The translations under genes and the position numbers were made by a program. A DNA stretch of 30,442 bases from a virus (lineage: Duplodnaviria; Caudoviricetes). Within the stretch, counting starts at the first letter, position 1. Each line of letters starts with the position of its first letter. The stretch lies in IMG/VR virus record IMGVR_UViG_3300037634_006005, positions 1 to 30,442 of that record; one strand, 5' to 3'. Below the pieces are notes generated by a model. That model saw nothing but the letters and a program-made list of their open reading frames with translations, ran no database searches and was not told the origin of the DNA. Below, piece after piece: positions 1-8,931 of this stretch.

Positions 1-2
1 AA

Positions 3-1664
3 ATTAAGTAAATCAGAAATATTTGATGGCGGTAATAAAGGATTTTTTTTAGTTACACCCCCATAGCGATATTGAGGAGCTTGAGTTTGGTTTAACAATG
101 CTCCTGTTCCTGCTGCTCCTGTTAATACTTTGTATATATTAGGATTAGTCATATCAAAAGTACCTACGTTGCCTAATGCAGATTTCATAAAATTACTAAA
201 AGGAGTAACTTGTTCTTTTAATGGTGAATCAGGAATTTCTAAAAAATCATATTTAGGTAAAACTGGTTCAAATGTTTCTTTAACTTTACCTAAACTATAA
301 TCACCTTGATTTATTATCCATTGCTTAATATCTTCATCATTTTTTAAATAAGGAGCTTGTTCTCTGAGAAAATATGATCTTTCTTTTTTCCATTCTTCTA
401 AAGAAGGAAAATCATCTGTTGTTTTCCCATAGTCTCTTATGTTACCAACAAATTCGCCAGCATCTTCAATTTCATCAAGATTTCCTGGGTTTTTTGAATT
501 TATATATAAAGAGTATAAATTATCACTTGCCTTAGTATTAGGACTTGTTATTTCTTGAATTTTTTTTGATCTTTTATTACTAGCATTTGCATATGATTTT
601 ATAATTGCTTCTTTATTTGAAGAAGTATATACACCTTTTCCATATTTCCCGCTATAAAATTTCTTAGAATCAAAAAAATCAAGCTTATTAGGAGAACCAT
701 GATAATTAATTTGAATGTTTCCTTTTTCGTCTAATACAGGTTTATCAAATGCTTTTTTAAAAGCTTTACTTTGTTGTTGTACAAATTGTGCTTTTACTGC
801 TTCTTCTGGAGTCATATTTACTCCTGCATCAGAAATTTCTTTTGCAGTAGGTCTGCTTCCGACAAAAGGTGTTCCATCGGGATTTTTCATCCATGTGCCA
901 TCAGCTTTAGTTCTTTTTTCTATTTCTAAGTAATTATCTATTATACTTTTATTTTTTGGTGTATCTGGATTCCACTTAGCCCAATCTAATTCTGATTTAA
1001 AAGTTTTGGCTTGTTTACCTAATTTTGATGCTCCAAAACCTCCAAGTAATCCTGTTCCAAAATCTATAGCCATCGCTTTGCCTGGGTTTTTCTTTGCCCA
1101 ATCTTCACTTATCGCTTCTGTTATAGAATAATCTTGACCTTTGTATGTAGTTGGATAATATTTTTTTCCTAAATATTCTGGTAAAATAGATTTAAAATCT
1201 GCTCCTCCCCCTTCTCCTGTAATAGCTTTTACACCTTGCAGAGCTGTTGAAAAAGGAATTGATGCTGCTTCTAATCCTGCCCAAGCAGTATTTAATGGTG
1301 TCTTTTCTTGTTCTATAAGTGCTCTATGTTTATCTTCACCAGAAAGAAGTGCTACTCTTCCAATTTCTCTTTTTGCTACTTCCGCTTCTTCTGCTTTTTT
1401 TAATTTTTGTTGCCTTTGATAAGTTAAAGGTTTTCCTTCAAGTGCTTTTTGGGTAGCTAAAGAACTCTTTAATGTTATTTGAGGAACTTGTGGTATTGTA
1501 GATGTAGGAAAAGAAGGTTTCGCTACATCTGAATATCTATCTATTTTCTCTGTAGCCATCCAAGAAGTATCATTCATATCAAAGACATCCCTTACCTTTT
1601 CCTTCTTCTTGGTAGGTTTCTTCGTATAATCAAAATCTTTTAAAAATTTAGGTAAACCAAACAT
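3..1664 (-). CDS. Large virion-associated/polyvalent protein (3' end truncated by window edge, at least 554 aa) with an ADP-ribosyltransferase-like (ART-PolyVal-like) domain
   Basis: Not in the ORF track because there is no stop in the window. Hand translation from the ATG at 1664-1662 (TAATG overlap with the holin stop) gives MFGLPKFLKDFDYTKK..., open to base 3. It contains GTWMKNPDGTPF, INYHGSPNKLDFFD, GKYGKGVYTSS and EQVTPFSNFMKSALGNVGTFDMTNPNIY, which match the YHG[ST]..G.G.Y..KSA.GN.G.FD pattern of ART-PolyVal domains. Confidence 0.8.
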   Translation of the reverse strand, partial: MFGLPKFLKDFDYTKKPTKKKEKVRDVFDMNDTSWMATEKIDRYSDVAKPSFPTSTIPQVPQITLKSSLATQKALEGKPLTYQRQQKLKKAEEAEVAKREIGRVALLSGEDKHRALIEQEKTPLNTAWAGLEAASIPFSTALQGVKAITGEGGGADFKSILPEYLGKKYYPTTYKGQDYSITEAISEDWAKKNPGKAMAIDFGTGLLGGFGASKLGKQAKTFKSELDWAKWNPDTPKNKSIIDNYLEIEKRTKADGTWMKNPDGTPFVGSRPTAKEISDAGVNMTPEEAVKAQFVQQQSKAFKKAFDKPVLDEKGNIQINYHGSPNKLDFFDSKKFYSGKYGKGVYTSSNKEAIIKSYANASNKRSKKIQEITSPNTKASDNLYSLYINSKNPGNLDEIEDAGEFVGNIRDYGKTTDDFPSLEEWKKERSYFLREQAPYLKNDEDIKQWIINQGDYSLGKVKETFEPVLPKYDFLEIPDSPLKEQVTPFSNFMKSALGNVGTFDMTNPNIYKVLTGAAGTGALLNQTQAPQYRYGGVTKKNPLLPPSNISDLLN

Positions 1665-1909
1665 TATTTTTCTTTTTTAGAATCTTTTTTTAAATCAATA
1701 TCTTTTAATTTCTCAAAAGACCTTCCTCCGAAATAAGCACCTATAACTGTAATTAAGACTAACTCTAATAAGCCAATCCAATTATCTGCTACATTAAACT
1801 TTGCAAATGTACCATCAACAAAAATTAATATTATTGTCATTAATACTAAAAATAATAAAACCACAGGTCTTACATTTTTTGATAGCCAATTATCTTTATC
1901 TAGTTTCAT
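1664..1909 (-). CDS. Holin (GTA_holin_3TM-like)
   Basis: DNWLSKNVRP followed by a TM helix, a second TM helix ending in AYFGGRSFEK, and a basic C-terminus. This is the signature of the 3TM/GTA holin family. Confidence 0.75.
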   Translation of the reverse strand: MKLDKDNWLSKNVRPVVLLFLVLMTIILIFVDGTFAKFNVADNWIGLLELVLITVIGAYFGGRSFEKLKDIDLKKDSKKEK

Positions 1910-1926
1910 AATGTAATAAATTTATT

Positions 1927-2319
1927 TTATCCAAATACTCCATATTCTACTACTGAAGTTCCTGCTGCTGTTTGATACATTGTTACATCAGTAGCTGCTG
2001 CCCATGGAAACATCATCCAAGTTCCTGCAGTTAAAGATATTTCCGATTCTTCATTGCTTCCTGTTTCATTTAATACCGAAAGTCTTATTGTATTTGGACC
2101 AATATTTTTTACATATAAATAAACACTTGTTGTATTTGTAGGATTAGGAAATGTCGATGCATCTAACAAAACTGCTTTAGAAGCTTTGACTGCAGTAGTG
2201 CTAACTCTTTGTATGCCTCCTGTAGTAATACTAGCATTAGTTAACAAAACTGTAGATGATAATTCATCTGTTGTTAAACCAGAAGCAGCAATAGTTGATG
2301 TTAAATTTAATGTTGCCAT
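1927..2319 (-). CDS. Small putative virion structural protein, paralog of 2337..2753
   Basis: Thr/Ala/Ser-rich and beta-rich. Shares MAT..T..., L.aG.W...PW and V.E[YF]G[VI]F motifs with its neighbour. Confidence 0.55.
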   Translation of the reverse strand: MATLNLTSTIAASGLTTDELSSTVLLTNASITTGGIQRVSTTAVKASKAVLLDASTFPNPTNTTSVYLYVKNIGPNTIRLSVLNETGSNEESEISLTAGTWMMFPWAAATDVTMYQTAAGTSVVEYGVFG

Positions 2320-2336
2320 AATTTATTTATTATTTA

Positions 2337-2753
2337 TTATTGAAAAATTCCAAACTCTATTACCATTGCACCTGACGATCCATATGCCTCAAGATTTTTA
2401 TCAGTATCTTTAGTAGTTCCCATCCAAGGAAGCAATGCCCATTCTCCACCTTTTAACATTATAGTTGTAAATGTTCCTGTAGTTGGGTCTACTGCTTCTG
2501 ATAATGAAACATAAATTCTATCATTTGCCGTTGAACCATCTCTTGCTGCAGGATTATATAACCAAATTTTCGCACCTTCTGTATATTGAGCTGCAGGGGC
2601 TAGCACTGTCGCTCCTGCTATAGCTGTTGTAGCTAAAGGAATTCTTGATATGCCACCTTTAGTAGCACTTAGGATATTTGAAATGCTTAATGATATTGCA
2701 TCTGACGTAAGATCATTAGAGGTTAATGTGATTGTATTGGTAACGGTTGCCAT
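2337..2753 (-). CDS. Small putative virion structural protein, paralog of 1927..2319
   Basis: MATVTNTITLTSNDLTSD...LKGGEWALLPW...VIEFGIFQ aligns by eye with the adjacent 130-aa protein. Confidence 0.55.
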   Translation of the reverse strand: MATVTNTITLTSNDLTSDAISLSISNILSATKGGISRIPLATTAIAGATVLAPAAQYTEGAKIWLYNPAARDGSTANDRIYVSLSEAVDPTTGTFTTIMLKGGEWALLPWMGTTKDTDKNLEAYGSSGAMVIEFGIFQ

Positions 2754-2794
2754 TTTTATTAAATTTAAAGTTATTATTCTATATTTAATTACAC

Positions 2795-4192
2795 TTAATA
2801 AGACTTGCCTTCTAAAAATGGATAACCAAATCCTCTTTGTTTTGCAAGATATAATTTAGTATCTGCTTCTCTAATCTCAGCATCCATATTTAAACTTTGT
2901 TGCTTAAGTTTTTTAGCTTCTTCCCATAAATAAGGATTTCCAGCATATTCTTTTTGTAACGAATCAAGTTCCATTGCACCCTTTTTTCTTGCCTTTATTT
3001 CTTCTTCATTAAAAAATCTTGGAAGTGGTGGTTGTTGAAAGAAAGTATTGTCTTGCTCAACTTGTGCAAAGTTTGGAGGGGGATTTCCTGGGCCACCTAC
3101 CATTCCTCCTTGTCTATACATTTGATATGGTTGATACATCTGTTGTGGTTGATACATCTGCTGTTGTTGGTACATAGGCATAACATCTAGTGCTTGTTGA
3201 TCCATTTCAGGAGCTGATGCTAATGCAGGATTGAAAACAGGATTTTGTGGCATATTTTGTATATGGGGATTAGTCGCTTGTGGCATTCCTCCAAATGAAT
3301 ATTTAGAAACTTTTGCTCCATATCTTCCTGTAACTAATTCATTTAATTTTTGTTGAGTAGCAGATTGATTGCTATATGGTAAATTTTGTAATGATGCTGC
3401 TGTACTATATACCATCATTTTTTCAGCTAATTGATCTACTGCAGCATAATCTTCTCTATTAATAGCATCCATTACTGCAGGCTTAAACTCTTGATTAAAT
3501 ATTAAATCTCCTGCTTTAGCTAATTTACGTTCTCCTTTTTGTTCGTGAGTTTTAGCATTTGGACCTGTTTCCCAAATAACTTTAAATTTCCCATCATTTC
3601 CTTTTCTTATGCCTACTTCATTTTTTTCTACTTCTATTGGAATGTTTTCTTGTGCTGCCATTCCATATCTTCCTGTTCCTATATAATTAGGTAAACCAAA
3701 CTTTTCTTTATTATATAGGTTTTGCCCAAATTGATAACTAGCTTTTGCTTTATTATAAGTGTTTGTTTTGTTACCTAATTCAAAAGCATTTCTAATTCTA
3801 TCACCAACTGCACCTATTAATGTTCCCCAAGGACCAAACATAGATCCTATCTGCATTCCTTGTGAATTGCCATACATAGTACCAAAATGATTTGGCTCGT
3901 ATGCCCCATATTTTTGATTCCATCTATCTGGATCTACTGCTTTTGCAAACATAGAAGATGCTCCTGATGCTGCACCAAGAATATTACTAGCATCAAATTT
4001 TCCTCCTGTTTTTGTTGTAGGAGCGCCTCTATATCCTCCCAATTGAGAACTAAAAGGTTTAGAAAATGGCTGCCTTGAGTTAGAACCAAATGTATAATTT
4101 TCTTGGCCATATTGGGTTGCAAAAGGTTTTCCCGTTTGCATAGTATTGGGGCCTCCTATAAATGAATTATTTCCTTGATAATGATGTGACAT
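2795..4192 (-). CDS. Putative virion cargo/ejection protein (position of crAss001 gp45/C1)
   Basis: Directly downstream of the muzzle gene. Has a Gly-rich hydrophobic segment GSMFGPWGTLIGAVG, an IEVE..E...THEQ.G domain, YxxGG motifs and Q/P/M-rich low-complexity regions. Confidence 0.6.
   Translation of the reverse strand: MSHHYQGNNSFIGGPNTMQTGKPFATQYGQENYTFGSNSRQPFSKPFSSQLGGYRGAPTTKTGGKFDASNILGAASGASSMFAKAVDPDRWNQKYGAYEPNHFGTMYGNSQGMQIGSMFGPWGTLIGAVGDRIRNAFELGNKTNTYNKAKASYQFGQNLYNKEKFGLPNYIGTGRYGMAAQENIPIEVEKNEVGIRKGNDGKFKVIWETGPNAKTHEQKGERKLAKAGDLIFNQEFKPAVMDAINREDYAAVDQLAEKMMVYSTAASLQNLPYSNQSATQQKLNELVTGRYGAKVSKYSFGGMPQATNPHIQNMPQNPVFNPALASAPEMDQQALDVMPMYQQQQMYQPQQMYQPYQMYRQGGMVGGPGNPPPNFAQVEQDNTFFQQPPLPRFFNEEEIKARKKGAMELDSLQKEYAGNPYLWEEAKKLKQQSLNMDAEIREADTKLYLAKQRGFGYPFLEGKSY
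3113..3175 (-). repeat. Coding 18-bp tandem repeat (QQMYQP-like, about 3.5 copies)
   Basis: tggttgatacatctg occurs at 3128-3142 and 3146-3160 (period 18). The protein reads MYQQQQMYQPQQMYQPYQMYRQ. Confidence 0.85.
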
Positions 4193-4195
4193 AAT

Positions 4196-7100
4196 TTAAG
4201 CTTTTGAACGTGTATATGCAGTTATAATTTCACGTACCCACATGTCTTTATCTCCTGCATATTCTAAATTTATTATTAAATATCTTCCTCTCATTCTTGA
4301 TTGTACGATAGCTAAAGACATATCGCCGTCACTTATACTATCTGCTCTACGGATAGGAAGTTTCCATTGAGCTTCTCTGTAAACTGCTCTATTCCAAAAT
4401 TCTCCTAAAAATCCTAATTGTTCAGCAGTTTGGTGTTGTGTTTTATATGTTATATTACTAAATTCTCTATTATTTGAATTGATAATAAGATTATCAAAGT
4501 GTTTAGCTATTTCTCCATTGGCATTTACTACAACTTCAATATATGCAACATCTGGATTTCCATAAAAATTATCATATTTTGTATTTGCATCGTGCCTCCA
4601 AAATTTGCCGTCTTTAAAGGAATATAAATCTTTTTCTAATTCTGAATAAAATGTAGGTGTAAAGCTATATTTAGCACCAAAGAAATCTGTTTTTTCTGAA
4701 AAAGATATAGTTGTATTAGCTTCATCTTTTCCATATATAAAAGTAGTTATTACTTCTTTATGCTCTCTATCATATACAGAATGTATACCTTTATTACATA
4801 CGGGATTATCTCCAAGTTGTTCTGTTATATCAGATACTCCACTATTTTGTAAATCTACTACATCTTCTATCCATTTTTCACATCCTTTTAATAATCCTAA
4901 ATTTTGAAAGCCTTCTCCAGAAGCTCTCCAGAAAACTTGTTTGTTCCAATCAAATCCATATATACCTCTTTCTCCTTTTACAATACTCCATTGATGTTGC
5001 GTTCCGTATTCAGTAGAAAGCCCTCTTTTATATTCTGTCAACTCTTTACTTTCACCTAAAATAAAAGGTGTGTCTGTGCCATCAGATTCAGCAACTGCTC
5101 TTTCATTAATAGGGTGTAAATTAATAGCATCATTCTGAAAAGAAAACAATTGATCTCGCATATGCATTATCGCATTAATAGGCCCATATTGAAAATCAAA
5201 ATCTTTAAAACCCCCAGGAGCAAATTGCAAATATCCATCTCTTAATGAATTTAATATGTGAGTAAATGAAGGGCGTATTCTTGTAGGAAAAGAATTGTCA
5301 GAAATAGGTTTAAGTTTATCAAGACCTAAAAACATTCTTGGATTCAACATCCTTTGATAGCCTGTATTATAAAAATTAGATTCTGGAGTGTTAGTTATAT
5401 CATAAGCAGGACAAAGAAAATTTAAAGATTTAGGATAAAATGTATTTCTTCCTTTTATATATCTATAATTAGGATTATATGCATTTTCAGTAACAACACT
5501 CAATCCATATCCATAACTAATATTATTATAATACCAGGGGGGGAAATTATATACTTTTTGTCCATATCCTCCTCCTAGTACTAATTCATTTAATGTGTTA
5601 TAAGTGTCTGCATCTGCAGCTAATGCATCACCCCAATTTGATTCAATATGAGTTTGTTGTTCTGCATTTGCTATTTCATCTATAATTTCATTACTTAATG
5701 CATCGTTAAATTTATTATGTATTTTTATATAACTTCTTGAAGTAAAACAATCTCCTTGATAATAAAGGTTATTATCAATACTTTTTACATCATCTATGTT
5801 TCTAATAGGAATAAAATTACTAATTGGAGAAAAAAGAGTATTTTTAAAATCATAATAACTTGTATAGTCAAAATCTGAAGCATCTGGATTGTTTTTATAT
5901 ACATTTACGATGCAATTAAACCATTCATTTATATTTTTACTATCTGGTGCTGAAGTGGTTAGATCTACTAAAATATATGCAGGAACTGCCAATGGAAGAC
6001 TCCACACATATTCATGTTTACTTGATAATGCTCTTTTCTTTTTTATCCAAAATAATCCTGTATTTTCTTCTGTTCCATGATTTATTTTTGTAGGATACTG
6101 CATTCCATTTACAACCGTTCCCTCAGAATCCCAACCATTAAGATTATGAGTATTAGCAGTAAATCCTCCTCCCTTTGTATGACTATTTGAATTATATTGT
6201 AAATCCTCTTGCCTAAACATTTTTGCTCTAGAAATATGACTAGTTTTTTTCGCTGTTTTTTGATCTGGGTATCTAACTGATACATAATCTCCATCATCCC
6301 ATCCGTAAGTTCCTGGATTAGGAATTGTTGTACTAGCGGGTGCTCTAGGATACCAATGTGTATCTTCAATCGATCCTATTTTTTTTATATAAGAAGATTC
6401 CATAACTCCTTCTTTGGAAAGTCCTTTATCTATATGATAATCAAAAGAAAATATTGCTAAAGAATCTCTTTCTGCTGGTGTAGATTTTCCTGTAAATCTA
6501 TCTACTGTATATCTTTGATGTCCTACTCTAGCCTTTTCATCTGATATACCTACTTTTGTGTATACTGTAAATATATAAGGTGCTGCTCTTTCTAAAGATG
6601 GCATAGCAACCTCCCAATTTTTCTTAATTTTGGTATCTGATAAATCATTGCCAAACCAATTTGTGGCAGTTATAGAGTGTTCTTCAAAAAGATTTTTTGG
6701 TCTAGTATAATAATCTCCTCCTCTATATATAGGAGCTGCAAATCCTTGATATTGTAAATTTATATTTCTTTCTGCTCTACAAAAGAATATTCCTATTAAA
6801 TTCTCTTGTAACCAAGTACTGGCATTATAAGTTGCTTGAGCTGCACTAGTATCAAATCTTACAGCTTTAATTTTTACTTCATCATTTTCATAAAAATGAG
6901 ACTCATAAGGTTCTTTAAATCTATATATTCCAGAATAATTTTCATTTATTGGAGTACCTTTATAATTATCATATCCAGTTAAAGGAAAAGCAGGGCCAGT
7001 AAAGCCATCTTTAAAAATAGGAACAACAGCAAAACAATAAATCTCTCCACTAAAATATCCTACCTTTTGATTAACATCTTCGTAATCCCATCCATATATT

Positions 7101-8347
7101 TGATTATGAGAATCAGAATTTTCTGTATGCACAACTGATTTTGTAAAAGAATTATCTTCATCTATTTTAATTTTACAAAAGAATGTTCTAAGATCTGGAT
7201 GATCTAATGACTTGCCTCTTGTATTGGCCAAATAAAGCTTATTATTTATTTGTGCAATATCTTTGCAATATAAAGCATCCGATGGCTTAAAAGCAGTAAA
7301 TTCGTCCAATGACAGGTCTATTGTAGATTCTGTTCCATTAATGTTTATATTTGATAAAGATGCGCTGTTTTGAATAGGTATTCTTTTATCAATTAGCTTT
7401 ATCTCATATTCATCTTTCCCATAATAGTATGCATATCCTATTTCTATAAATGCTTGTGTTGCATCTAAATTCAATATATTTAATTTTACATTTTTATTAG
7501 TAGCTGCTTGAGATTCTACTCCAAAAGGAGTATCTATTGTTGGAACAGCACCATTAGAATAATCTTCTGTAGATTGTGTTTCAAAAACAGGAATAGGAGG
7601 AGACATGCCTAAAAAAGAAGTGGTATTAAACTCTACGTCAATATATCTTACAAAGAAAAAATAATGCCCCCCTTTTAAACTACCAAAATTTTCTAAAGCT
7701 GCAATTTCTACTATAGGGAAATATTCATTTTCATTAACAATATTAATATATCCAGATTTTACATCTCCTTCATATATTAAAGTATTATTATATATTCCTG
7801 TTTCAGAATGGAATCCTGTATTTACACTTCTTATAGGATTGTGATTATCTGTCCAATATAAATTTATAGATTTATCATATCTCATTCTAGCTAATACCCT
7901 TGCTTGATGCTCACAGCTAAAATTAAGATCTTCTGTAGTAAATGGCTTTCTGTTTATACTATCTATATCTAATCCTGTACAATTACTTATTTGCTCAGTA
8001 GGATTTTCAGTAGTATAGTTTTGTAAAGGAGAATATTGTCTAATAAATCCTCCTGGAGTTATTCCTACAGGCGAAGGAAATGTTCCTATTTCTCCTATAT
8101 TTGTTACCGAATTTACTGAAAGAATAAATAATATTCCATTATACTCAACAGACCCAATAGGAACAAAACCTGGAGATAATTCAAATTCTTCTACGTTACC
8201 TTTGATATTTGCAGCAAATAGTCCATTAGTATTTTTATTAGTAATTCTAACATTAAGAGCATCTAATAATACATCTCCTTGTCTTTCTAAAAAAGATGTA
8301 TCTGTATTTATACCTTTATAAAACCTATTTGTTGTGAATTCTTTCAT
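4196..8347 (-). CDS. Tail muzzle / tail stabilization protein (P22 gp10-like, crAss Tstab)
   Basis: 1383 aa. N-terminal F.KG.NTD...DALNVR, LYWTDNHNPIR, YGTQHQWS and C-terminal SRMRGRYL motifs. Follows a ring gene, as in Crassvirales. Confidence 0.85.
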   Translation of the reverse strand: MKEFTTNRFYKGINTDTSFLERQGDVLLDALNVRITNKNTNGLFAANIKGNVEEFELSPGFVPIGSVEYNGILFILSVNSVTNIGEIGTFPSPVGITPGGFIRQYSPLQNYTTENPTEQISNCTGLDIDSINRKPFTTEDLNFSCEHQARVLARMRYDKSINLYWTDNHNPIRSVNTGFHSETGIYNNTLIYEGDVKSGYINIVNENEYFPIVEIAALENFGSLKGGHYFFFVRYIDVEFNTTSFLGMSPPIPVFETQSTEDYSNGAVPTIDTPFGVESQAATNKNVKLNILNLDATQAFIEIGYAYYYGKDEYEIKLIDKRIPIQNSASLSNININGTESTIDLSLDEFTAFKPSDALYCKDIAQINNKLYLANTRGKSLDHPDLRTFFCKIKIDEDNSFTKSVVHTENSDSHNQIYGWDYEDVNQKVGYFSGEIYCFAVVPIFKDGFTGPAFPLTGYDNYKGTPINENYSGIYRFKEPYESHFYENDEVKIKAVRFDTSAAQATYNASTWLQENLIGIFFCRAERNINLQYQGFAAPIYRGGDYYTRPKNLFEEHSITATNWFGNDLSDTKIKKNWEVAMPSLERAAPYIFTVYTKVGISDEKARVGHQRYTVDRFTGKSTPAERDSLAIFSFDYHIDKGLSKEGVMESSYIKKIGSIEDTHWYPRAPASTTIPNPGTYGWDDGDYVSVRYPDQKTAKKTSHISRAKMFRQEDLQYNSNSHTKGGGFTANTHNLNGWDSEGTVVNGMQYPTKINHGTEENTGLFWIKKKRALSSKHEYVWSLPLAVPAYILVDLTTSAPDSKNINEWFNCIVNVYKNNPDASDFDYTSYYDFKNTLFSPISNFIPIRNIDDVKSIDNNLYYQGDCFTSRSYIKIHNKFNDALSNEIIDEIANAEQQTHIESNWGDALAADADTYNTLNELVLGGGYGQKVYNFPPWYYNNISYGYGLSVVTENAYNPNYRYIKGRNTFYPKSLNFLCPAYDITNTPESNFYNTGYQRMLNPRMFLGLDKLKPISDNSFPTRIRPSFTHILNSLRDGYLQFAPGGFKDFDFQYGPINAIMHMRDQLFSFQNDAINLHPINERAVAESDGTDTPFILGESKELTEYKRGLSTEYGTQHQWSIVKGERGIYGFDWNKQVFWRASGEGFQNLGLLKGCEKWIEDVVDLQNSGVSDITEQLGDNPVCNKGIHSVYDREHKEVITTFIYGKDEANTTISFSEKTDFFGAKYSFTPTFYSELEKDLYSFKDGKFWRHDANTKYDNFYGNPDVAYIEVVVNANGEIAKHFDNLIINSNNREFSNITYKTQHQTAEQLGFLGEFWNRAVYREAQWKLPIRRADSISDGDMSLAIVQSRMRGRYLIINLEYAGDKDMWVREIITAYTRSKA

Positions 8348-8931
8348 TATATACTTGAATTATCGTAAAAGATACCATTTCTCATCATAAATAATTGCTC
8401 TTCCATATCTGTCATAGAAAGTAAATCTATACTTCCCATAGCTTGATCATAGGCATTATCATATTGCATTTCTATATATGCCCATTTATCTCCAGATATT
8501 TTTCCTTCCATCCACTCATCAAACATAAAAGTATGTATGACATACCATACATACCAATCAGAAAATTCATATAATAAAGTTGGTAGCATTTCTCCATCAT
8601 CTCCTTCTACCAACGGAATAGCATAATAATGGATTCTTATTTTTCCTGTTTTATATGGAGCAGCTAAATATTCTCCATTTCTTCTTCCCGGTATTACAAC
8701 TCCTGTATTGTCAAAGGCTTTTAATAACCTTATCAGATCACAAGGAAGTTTAGCTAAACCATTTGTGACATCTAATATAGCTTCTTTCCATACAAGCCAT
8801 TCTGATGAAGACGACTTTAAGGCTGCTGTATGGATGAGAGACTTAATCCTTTCTTTCTCAGCTTCGACATCAATAAGCTTAGTTTTCCTCTGTATGAGGC
8901 CAGCGACTGTTTTCCAATTAATGATTTGCAT
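8347..8931 (-). CDS. Tail ring / tail tubular protein (crAss Ttub/R1-like)
   Basis: About 200 aa with AKLPCDL and G.I.I.Y.AIP....G.P motifs. TAATG-coupled to the muzzle gene. Confidence 0.7.
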   Translation of the reverse strand: MQIINWKTVAGLIQRKTKLIDVEAEKERIKSLIHTAALKSSSSEWLVWKEAILDVTNGLAKLPCDLIRLLKAFDNTGVVIPGRRNGEYLAAPYKTGKIRIHYYAIPLVEGDDGEMLPTLLYEFSDWYVWYVIHTFMFDEWMEGKISGDKWAYIEMQYDNAYDQAMGSIDLLSMTDMEEQLFMMRNGIFYDNSSI

